Below are positions 57,339 to 64,000 of a stretch of DNA of 64,000 bases, one piece after another; position 1 is the stretch's first letter, and every line of letters starts with the position of its first letter. A program made the translations under genes and the position numbers. Source of the stretch: Candidatus Woesearchaeota archaeon (GTDB lineage: Archaea > Nanobdellota > Nanobdellia > Woesearchaeales > 21-14-0-10-32-9). Under the pieces are notes generated by a model, which worked only from the letters and a program-made list of their open reading frames with translations, searched no databases and was not told where the DNA came from. The DNA is taken from positions 1,452 to 65,451 of the forward strand of contig JAIPET010000003.1 of NCBI GenBank assembly GCA_021736975.1, read 5' to 3'.

Positions 57339-58844
57339 TTAGTTCTCCACATTGAATAAACAATTTACCTTAAAAATTTTTGGAGAATTATTTCCTTCAA
57401 ATTCTTTAATTAAAGGTAAACAAACATTATCTTTTGCTCTGAAAAAACGTCTATCAAATTTTTTTTGATTATTTTCTGTTAAAACAACATAATTTACAGA
57501 ATAAAAAGTTAAAGTTCTAAGAGCACTTGTTAAAAAAGCTTCATCATAAACACTATTAAGATCAGAATAACGTCTATTTATATTTTTAATTAACAAATAA
57601 TTTTCATCAATCACATTTTTTCTATTAGAATAATAACTCATAACACTACCTTCTTCTGCTAAAACTAAAACACTAGAATTTTCTGGCGTATTATTTTTAA
57701 TCCATAAAAATGCATTTATGTCATTATTTGAAGGAATGTCTTTTTTATGAGTATCTAATAAAAAAAAATTCGGAACAAATGATGCAAATAATAATATGAT
57801 CAAAATTAATATTAAAATAAATTTTGAATACTTAAATTTAAATTTTTTTAAATTTGAAATATGATCCTTTAAAGCATAAGCAGAAAGAATAGAAAGAATC
57901 ACACCTAAAAACATTAAACCAACTACAACTTGAACAAGGCCAAGAAACATTAAAATGAAAAAAGTAATTGCCAAACTCATCATTAAAGTTGCAGCTTTAC
58001 TTTTCTTTGAAAATAAATTTTTATAAAGACCAGAAAGACCAAAAATTAAGGGAAGAACACCAATAGCATATAAAGATCCTGCTAAAGTAATTTTACCAAA
58101 AGTTTGTTCAACTAAAGTTAAAGGTAAATTTTGCCAAATAATTTCAAAACCATGCGCAGAAAGCGCAACTTTGTAAACCAAAATTGTAGCCCATAATACA
58201 AACATCAAATAAAATAAAACAATTTCTGGCTCTTTAGAACTTTCTCTAAATCCCATAGATTTAACAAATAAAAGATATACTAATAATCCTAAAGCAAAAA
58301 CAATAGACATAGGATGAGAAGCAACTAAAATAATCATAGAAACAACAAGCCAATTCAAATAATTAATATCTTGATTAGATTTAAGAAATAAATAAACAAC
58401 TAAAAAGAATAAAGGTAAAACAAAACTAAATATGCTCGCATTATTTATAGTATTATTAAAAAGAACAGGTATAAAACCTACAAATAAAGCAGAAAGTAAA
58501 GAAGCTTCTTCATCTTTACTAAAATGTAAAGAAATAAAGAAAACTATGACTGATAATAATGAAATAAATATATTTGGAATTATTTTAACTAATAAAAAAT
58601 CACTTAATACAAAACCAAATATTGCTAACATATAATGATAAATAGGACTAAAAAATTTTTCTCTTCCACCAAAACTAAGAGCATCATTAAATAAAGGTAA
58701 ACCAGAGTCTTTAATAGAATCCACATTTCTTAAAATCGAATAAGATTCATAACTTACACCATCAATACTAAACGTAAAAAAAAGTCTTACTCCTAAAATT
58801 AATACAAAAATTAGTATTAACCAAATTAAGGTATTTCTTTTCAT
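57339..58844 (-). CDS. GT-C-fold-like polytopic membrane protein with C-terminal soluble domain (paralogue of the downstream gene)
   Basis: The first loop carries acidic residues (FSIDGVSYESY). About 13 TM segments. The C-terminal soluble domain ends ...SPKIFKVN.... Confidence 0.5.
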   Translation of the reverse strand: MKRNTLIWLILIFVLILGVRLFFTFSIDGVSYESYSILRNVDSIKDSGLPLFNDALSFGGREKFFSPIYHYMLAIFGFVLSDFLLVKIIPNIFISLLSVIVFFISLHFSKDEEASLLSALFVGFIPVLFNNTINNASIFSFVLPLFFLVVYLFLKSNQDINYLNWLVVSMIILVASHPMSIVFALGLLVYLLFVKSMGFRESSKEPEIVLFYLMFVLWATILVYKVALSAHGFEIIWQNLPLTLVEQTFGKITLAGSLYAIGVLPLIFGLSGLYKNLFSKKSKAATLMMSLAITFFILMFLGLVQVVVGLMFLGVILSILSAYALKDHISNLKKFKFKYSKFILILILIILLFASFVPNFFLLDTHKKDIPSNNDINAFLWIKNNTPENSSVLVLAEEGSVMSYYSNRKNVIDENYLLIKNINRRYSDLNSVYDEAFLTSALRTLTFYSVNYVVLTENNQKKFDRRFFRAKDNVCLPLIKEFEGNNSPKIFKVNCLFNVEN

Positions 58845-58966
58845 TTATATACTAGAAAGGAACATTATTTAAAAATATGTTGAAATTCTTTAAAAATACT
58901 TAAAAATCGTAAGAATTACGGATTTATATTAACAAAATATAAAATGAAGTTCATATTTCATATATT

Positions 58967-59998
58967 ATGCCTCATATATTAAGTCAAAGAAAAATATTAT
59001 TACCTAGTACTCTTGAAAGTTTAACAGAAGAAAATTTTATACAATATCAAAATTGGCAAACTGAATCATTACAAATTACAAAATTCATAATAAATACGTT
59101 CAAAGATGCTTTAAAAAAAGAATCTAAACATTCAGATGAAAATAGACCTAATTTTGAACAAAAAGAAATAATAAAAATATCTAATAACTATTCTTTTCAA
59201 ATAACAACAAAACCAACTATGAAAAAACCAGCATATGCAAACGTTTTAGATGAATTTCAAAATTATGTCAATTTTTTATTAGAACAATATGAAAATAATA
59301 TATTAAGAAAAGATATAATGACTATAGATAACGAACCATATGTTTCTATTGAAGATGTAAAAAATAAATTAGAAGAAGAAATAGAAAATTCTATGAATGG
59401 AAAAGAAGGAATATCTCAAAGTATAAAACTAATAAATCCAATAGAATATAACGAAAATATAAAAGAAACTATTACCGTTTCATTTACAAGAGATTATTCA
59501 AAATTATCCGAATCAAACAATCTTGCTTTTTTAGACTCAGAATTATTCTTAAACGAGGGTAAAAAAAGAACAAATGATTTTAAAGAATTATTATTTGAAG
59601 ATGCAATGAAAATATTGGGAGATGCACCTACTGAAGCTATACAAGTAGAATATCCTTTCTCAAAAACAACATTCATATATCAACTAGAACCTAGAACTAC
59701 AGTTAAATACAAACAAGTTTTAGATGCTTTAAGTGCCGAAAATGAACTTCCAAAAAATATAACTGTAAAAACAAAAATTTCAGATTTTAAAAAAATTGAA
59801 TTATATTTTTCAGATTTGAAAAGTAAACTTATAGAAAAAGGAATAATTGATGATGATTTTAAAAATACATATTCTCCCTCAAAAAGAGGAGATAGAATAT
59901 TTATTAGACTTAATGGATTAAAAGATTCTTTAGTTACTTATAAAAATAAAAATGAATCAAATAGTTTAGAAAAAAATTTAACATTATATTTAAATTAA
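58967..59998 (+). CDS. Hypothetical cytoplasmic protein (343 aa)
   Basis: Long ORF with balanced composition and no TM segments. No motif recognised. Confidence 0.6.
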   Translation: MPHILSQRKILLPSTLESLTEENFIQYQNWQTESLQITKFIINTFKDALKKESKHSDENRPNFEQKEIIKISNNYSFQITTKPTMKKPAYANVLDEFQNYVNFLLEQYENNILRKDIMTIDNEPYVSIEDVKNKLEEEIENSMNGKEGISQSIKLINPIEYNENIKETITVSFTRDYSKLSESNNLAFLDSELFLNEGKKRTNDFKELLFEDAMKILGDAPTEAIQVEYPFSKTTFIYQLEPRTTVKYKQVLDALSAENELPKNITVKTKISDFKKIELYFSDLKSKLIEKGIIDDDFKNTYSPSKRGDRIFIRLNGLKDSLVTYKNKNESNSLEKNLTLYLN

Positions 59999-60025
59999 AA
60001 TTAGAAAAAATAGAAATTAAAAAAT

Positions 60026-60292
60026 TTATTCGTCGTCTGTATTATAACTTGGAACTGCAGATTTACTAATAATCATGATGTCGCCAACACTTTTTACAAG
60101 TTGATGAGGAACTATTACTCCTTTTGCACTTCCTAAAATTTTATTTAAAAAACTATTTTTTGTAGCTCTCACTTTCCATCCGAAAATCTTTGTGTTTGTA
60201 ACGATTGCTTCTTCGATATCTCCAAAGTAATCTCCTTGATCAGTAAAGACTCTCATTTCATATGTTTCTGTAATTTTTTTCATCTTTAACAT
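60026..60292 (-). CDS. PRC-barrel domain protein
   Basis: MRVFTDQGDYFGDIEEAIVTNTKIFGWKV...GVIVPHQLVKSVGDIMIISKS fits the small archaeal PRC-barrel pattern. Confidence 0.7.
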   Translation of the reverse strand: MLKMKKITETYEMRVFTDQGDYFGDIEEAIVTNTKIFGWKVRATKNSFLNKILGSAKGVIVPHQLVKSVGDIMIISKSAVPSYNTDDE

Positions 60293-60447
60293 TTATAACC
60301 ACCTTCCAATTATTAATGAATATTAACATTAAAAATAATATTTCTTCTATATATAAACTTTTTGTTTACAAAGTCATTTATTAACAATATGGAAAATAAT
60401 TATTTTTTTACATACTAATCGAATTTTTTTATTTGCTATATAAATAC

Positions 60448-60599
60448 GGCAAATATAAACCAGCTGTATTGTCTTAAAGTAAATTTGAAATATTTACATT
60501 TTACTTTAGTAAAATAGATGTAAATATTGGTTATTTCTTTTTGATAGAGTCAAAAATATATATTCACAATACAAAAAATTAAAGGGTTTCATATTAGCC
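60448..60599. mobile_element. MITE-like non-autonomous element, copy 2 (152 bp)
   Basis: Same length and orientation as copy 1, roughly 90% identical. The right terminus GGTTTCATATTAGCC is intact; the left terminus is degenerate (GGCAAATATAAACC). Flanked by a perfect 9-bp direct repeat TATAAATAC at 60439-60447 and 60600-60608. Confidence 0.75.
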
Positions 60600-60670
60600 T
60601 ATAAATACAAAAACTTTATATAATACATTAAAGCAATAAAAAATAACACAAAAAGAGGTGTACAAAGAAA

Positions 60671-60943
60671 ATGGGATCAATGGATACAATCATACTGGCA
60701 GTCATTTTGGCAACATTAGCAGCAATAGTCTACAGTTTAAGAATTCTAGTTCTAATGGAAAGAAGAATAGCAAGAATAGATATTCATATAGAAGCACTAG
60801 TAACAAGAATATTCCAAGAAGAACAAAAAATTGAAGAAGAAGAATTCAAAATTGAAGAAAAACTAGGAATAAAAAGACTTTCAAAAAAAGCTGTTCCAAA
60901 AAGAAAAACAGCAAAAAAGAAAGTTACTAAAAAAAGAAAGTAA
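60671..60943 (+). CDS. Small membrane protein with coiled-coil and Lys-rich tail (90 aa)
   Basis: TM segment IILAVILATLAAIVYSLRILVL; tail KKAVPKRKTAKKKVTKKRK. GAGGTG lies 10 nt upstream of the ATG. Confidence 0.6.
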   Translation: MGSMDTIILAVILATLAAIVYSLRILVLMERRIARIDIHIEALVTRIFQEEQKIEEEEFKIEEKLGIKRLSKKAVPKRKTAKKKVTKKRK

Positions 60944-60982
60944 ACACAAAACTTTTTATACAACTTTTTTTTCTATATTTAT

Positions 60983-61600
60983 ATGATTCTAAAGACGTCC
61001 TTAAAGCATAATTCTCACGGATATTATCATTACAGAATACATTCAAGAAAAATAGACAAACTTTGTAAAGAAAAATATCTTTTTTTAAAAGAATATTTAC
61101 ATGATATGCTACAACATTGTCCACATGAAAAATTCTTAGATGGTCCAAGATCCTCGGTTTTAAAATTTAAAATAGGATCAAACTTAAAAAAAGAACAAAA
61201 CCAAGTAGAAATACTAGCAAGAATAGGACTAGATTCAAACTATTACCAAGAAGCACACATGAATGTACAAATGTTCATGCTAGCATATGATGAGAAAACA
61301 ATAGCAATAGAAACGCCGATATGGCTACAACCTGAAGAATTAGAAAATTACGAAAACTTTTTTGAAACAAATTTACCTTTAAGTGGACACATAGATCTAG
61401 TAAGAATTGAAGAAGATAACAAAATATGGATTTGGGACTACAAACCAAACGCCCATAGAGAAAAATACGCAGATACACAAACCTACTTTTATGCACTCAT
61501 GCTAAGTAAACGAACAAAAATACCACTTGAAAACTTCATGTGCGGATACTTTGATGATAAAAATACATACATATTTGATCCGAATGAAATAAAATTATGA
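60983..61600 (+). CDS. PD-(D/E)XK-superfamily nuclease (RecB/Cas4-like core)
   Basis: LSGHIDLVRIEEDNKIWIWDYKPNAH...QTYFYALML matches the D ... (D/E)xK ... QxxxY arrangement. The start codon is uncertain. Confidence 0.55.
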   Translation: MILKTSLKHNSHGYYHYRIHSRKIDKLCKEKYLFLKEYLHDMLQHCPHEKFLDGPRSSVLKFKIGSNLKKEQNQVEILARIGLDSNYYQEAHMNVQMFMLAYDEKTIAIETPIWLQPEELENYENFFETNLPLSGHIDLVRIEEDNKIWIWDYKPNAHREKYADTQTYFYALMLSKRTKIPLENFMCGYFDDKNTYIFDPNEIKL

Positions 61601-61823
61601 CAAAACTTAGGACATTTTTAACTTTATTTCATTTATTATTTTGTCAGAATCACATTTGATCAAAATTTCTTCACATTTAAATATAAAATTTTTAAAATTT
61701 TGTTCTGATAGTATTGCTAGTTAAATTTTTTTCAAAGGATAATAGTGTTTGTATTAGAAAATCAAGATATATTTAAAACTCATAAAGATCGCTTTGATTA
61801 TTTATGGAAAAAATCAAAGCAAG

Positions 61824-62213
61824 TTAACAATTAATCAAATCCTCAAAAGATAAACCTCGCCTTTGCGCAATTTCTGTTGTAACAACAAAATGTTTACCAC
61901 TACTCTCCAAATCTTCTAAAGTAAGAAAAACCCAATCCTTCCTAAAAAACTTAATTCCAACATAAGGCTCGCCGCCAAACAAATTAGCAAATTCTTGCAA
62001 TTCTTCAATTTCTTTATCCATAAAATACTTTTTATCCTCTGTAGTTAATTTAACTTCTAAAACTAATTTTCGCAAATTATTACTAGCAACAATATCAGGA
62101 CAAGGATAATGATTACTACCAGAACCAGCACTTCTCATAGCAGCCCAATTCTTTTCCCAAAACTTATGAATTAAATTACGTTCTGCATTACTTCCTCTTG
62201 ATTTAGTAGACAT
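61824..62213 (-). CDS. hjc: Holliday junction resolvase Hjc
   Basis: MSTKSRGSNAERNLIHKFWEKNWAAMRSAGSG...PDIVASNNLRKLVLEVKLT carries the Hjc-type motifs G-x-x-x-E-R ... D(I/V)(V/I)A ... E-x-K. The ATG at 62213 is preferred over the upstream TTG at 62234. Confidence 0.85.
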   Translation of the reverse strand: MSTKSRGSNAERNLIHKFWEKNWAAMRSAGSGSNHYPCPDIVASNNLRKLVLEVKLTTEDKKYFMDKEIEELQEFANLFGGEPYVGIKFFRKDWVFLTLEDLESSGKHFVVTTEIAQRRGLSFEDLINC

Positions 62214-62265
62214 AATAATAAAAATAAATAGCAAAGTTTAAAATGCTTTTCATAAAAACTAAGTG

Positions 62266-62949
62266 ATGGTATCTTATAGTGAAATATTACAACAAAAAGC
62301 AATAGATTATCAAATTGAATTAGAAACGGAATTTAATTTGGAATGTGCAGTAATTCCTGAAATAAAATATGTTCATAAACGAACCGATTTTAACGAATTA
62401 GGATTGTCTAATAGTTATTATGATGAATATCTATATGTGGTTGAAAATAAAAGTGCAATAACTTTAACAGATAAAAATTTAATATTAATAGCTTTAAAAG
62501 AAGATTATGTTTTAGCAGAAGAGATAGGTCACTTTTTGCATTTTAAATTAGCAAATATACGAAAAAGTCCTGCTCAAACCGAAAATTTAACATATTTTAA
62601 TATTTATGTTGAAATGCTTGGTTATTTTAGCTCAAAAATAATTGATCCAACAAGAGAAAATAAGGTTTATGGAGAATATAAAGATTTTACAAAATTATCA
62701 AAACCTGAATTAATTAAAGAATATTCTTTGATTAAAAATAATTTTGGAGATAGAGTTACATTTAATAATTTTTTTTTATATCAACAAGGATATTGTTTAG
62801 GAGATGAATTATTTTATCACTATATTTCTAAACAAATACCAAAAAAACAAATTAAAAATTTATATGAACTAAACGTTGAAAATATGAATTTTAAAAATTT
62901 ATTTAATCTTATGAAATACAATCTTCCACAAATATTAAATAAATTATAA
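62266..62949 (+). CDS. Hypothetical protein (227 aa)
   Basis: Long ORF; ATG lies 3 nt after a GTG. Contains AEEIGHFLHF but no clean HExxH. No family recognised. Confidence 0.55.
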   Translation: MVSYSEILQQKAIDYQIELETEFNLECAVIPEIKYVHKRTDFNELGLSNSYYDEYLYVVENKSAITLTDKNLILIALKEDYVLAEEIGHFLHFKLANIRKSPAQTENLTYFNIYVEMLGYFSSKIIDPTRENKVYGEYKDFTKLSKPELIKEYSLIKNNFGDRVTFNNFFLYQQGYCLGDELFYHYISKQIPKKQIKNLYELNVENMNFKNLFNLMKYNLPQILNKL

Positions 62950-63037
62950 CTTACTTATTTTCTAAGAATATTGGTTTTTTTGATAAAATTACCACAAAGT
63001 ATATAAAAAAAGGTCATTTTAGCCTTTATGGGTGGTA

Positions 63038-63253
63038 ATGATGCCAAATAAGAAAGGAATTCCTTTAGCGGCGATGGAGAGGCTTTTAAAAAATGTAGGA
63101 GCTCAAAGAGTATCTGAAGAAGCCAAAGCAGCGTTAAAACAAGCTTTAGAAGATTACGCAACAAAGATTGGGGAAGGCGCAACAAAATATGCTGCTCACG
63201 CAGGAAGAAAAACTGTAAAAGCAGATGATATAAAATTAGCAACAAAAATTTAA
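63038..63253 (+). CDS. Archaeal histone (HMf-type histone fold)
   Basis: IPLAAMERLLKNVGAQRVSEEAKAALKQALEDYATKIGEGATKYAAHAGRKTVKADDIKLA is colinear with the HMfB-type pattern (..RVS..A...L...LE.....I...A...A.HAGRKT(V/I)KA.DI.LA). GGTGG lies just upstream. Confidence 0.9.
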   Translation: MMPNKKGIPLAAMERLLKNVGAQRVSEEAKAALKQALEDYATKIGEGATKYAAHAGRKTVKADDIKLATKI

Positions 63254-63267
63254 TGAGGTGAAATAAA

Positions 63268-63816
63268 ATGTGGGAATGGATAATATTAGCAATAGTTGTT
63301 TTAATTGTACTAATCGTATGGGGATTATACAATGCATTAGTAAGATTAAAAAATCAAGTTAAAAATAGTTGGTCGCAAATAGATGTTCAATTAAAAAGAA
63401 GAAATGACTTAATACCAAATTTAATAGAAACAGTGAAAGGATATGCAAAACATGAAAAAGGAACGTTTGAAAAAGTAACTGAAGCAAGATCAGTGATGAT
63501 GAAAGCAGGATCAGTAGAAAGTAAAGCAGAAGCATCAAATATGCTATCAGATACTCTTAAAAGCTTGTTTGCAGTAGCAGAAAACTATCCTGATCTAAAA
63601 GCAAATCAAAACTTCTTACAACTACAAGAAGAATTAGCAGGAACAGAAAATAAAATAGCATATTCAAGACAACACTACAATGATATGGTTATGGTTTTTA
63701 ACACAAAAATAGAACTATTTCCAAATAATGTCTTTGCAAATATGTTAAATTTTAAACAAGAAGAATACTTCAAAACACCAGAAGCAGAAAAGAAAGTACC
63801 AAAAGTATCTTTCTAA
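63268..63816 (+). CDS. lemA: LemA family membrane protein
   Basis: N-terminal TM segment, then [44 protein letters not shown]...[25 protein letters not shown], typical of LemA. GAGGTG lies upstream. Confidence 0.9.
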   Translation: MWEWIILAIVVLIVLIVWGLYNALVRLKNQVKNSWSQIDVQLKRRNDLIPNLIETVKGYAKHEKGTFEKVTEARSVMMKAGSVESKAEASNMLSDTLKSLFAVAENYPDLKANQNFLQLQEELAGTENKIAYSRQHYNDMVMVFNTKIELFPNNVFANMLNFKQEEYFKTPEAEKKVPKVSF

Positions 63817-63849
63817 TTTTTTATTTTTTAATTTTTTTGAGGTATTTAA

Positions 63850-64000
63850 ATGAATGAAAAAAGAATAAATTTTAACGAAATAAGAAATAATAATTTCAAA
63901 TCAATATTATTATTTTTTATGTTTGCAATATTAATAGCGATTTTAGGATCTATTTTAGGTATTGTTTTGATAGGAAATATCTATTTTGGATTAATTTTAG
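63850..64000 (+). CDS. Membrane protein, 3'-truncated at the window edge
   Basis: The ATG is preceded by GAGGT. MNEKRINFNEIRNNNFKSILLFFMFAILIAILGSILGIVLIGNIYFG has two hydrophobic segments. The position after lemA is where a membrane peptidase gene is often found, but this fragment is too short to call. Confidence 0.45.
   Translation, partial: MNEKRINFNEIRNNNFKSILLFFMFAILIAILGSILGIVLIGNIYFGLIL

Noticed and set aside
61721-61834. Short open frame ending ...VFVLENQDIFKTHKDRFDYLWKKSKQVNN, which resembles the C-terminal end of a regulator-type domain.
   Set aside because: It has only about 37 codons, no ATG, and overlaps the 3' end of hjc. It is at best a gene remnant and is not reportable as a feature.
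62266-62949. Possible zinc-metallopeptidase (HExxH / ImmA-IrrE-like) call from AEEIGHFLHF.
   Set aside because: The motif is E-x-x-x-H-x-x-H, not HExxH, and no third ligand region is recognisable. The gene is left as hypothetical.
1-64000. Possibility of an alternative genetic code (stop-codon reassignment) as an explanation for 17-20-kb ORFs in AT-rich DNA.
   Set aside because: TAG, TGA and TAA each terminate a long or motif-supported ORF at a sensible position: TAG ends ORF1 and the 221-aa ORF at 44131-44796, TGA ends ORF2 and the first GT2, and TAA ends nac, the histone gene and lemA. Translations under the standard code give coherent domains, so no recoding is needed.
1-64000. Search by eye for tRNA, rRNA or other GC-rich structured RNA genes in intergenic regions.
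   Set aside because: All intergenic stretches are short and AT-rich. None shows the GC-rich acceptor/anticodon stem pattern of a tRNA in an AT-rich genome. I cannot exclude small ncRNAs without a covariance-model scan.

Overview
Very AT-rich window, roughly a quarter to a third G+C by eye, read with the standard genetic code. It is archaeal by gene content: archaeal histone, Hjc resolvase, NAC, MBF1 and a Sec61-beta-type subunit. The compact, overlapping genes suggest a small-genome (DPANN-like) lineage, but that placement is inference only. About 37.5 kb of the 64 kb is taken by two same-strand giant ORFs of 6796 aa (45-20435) and 5700 aa (21659-38761). Both are built from Ig-like modules with a conserved Cys pair, LamG/ConA-like jelly rolls, DUF2341-like domains, FG-GAP/VCBS and other propeller-like repeats, and CARDB-like domains. 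Both also contain large internal duplications. Between them lie an opposite-strand ORF6N-domain gene with an apparent homopolymer frameshift, and a 49-aa ribbon-helix-helix gene missing from the ORF track that ends 1 nt before giant ORF2. Giant ORF2 overlaps (ATGA) the first of two bitopic surface-protein genes, which are followed by a small lipoprotein gene. The right third is mostly housekeeping plus an envelope-biogenesis block: two GT2 glycosyltransferases, an acyltransferase_3, two tandem GT-C-like membrane proteins and two thioredoxin-fold proteins, one of them SxxS. Two 152-bp copies of a MITE-like element carry terminal inverted repeats and 9-bp flanking direct repeats. I saw no rRNA, tRNA or CRISPR array. 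All domain calls come from reading motifs in the translations; no searches were run.
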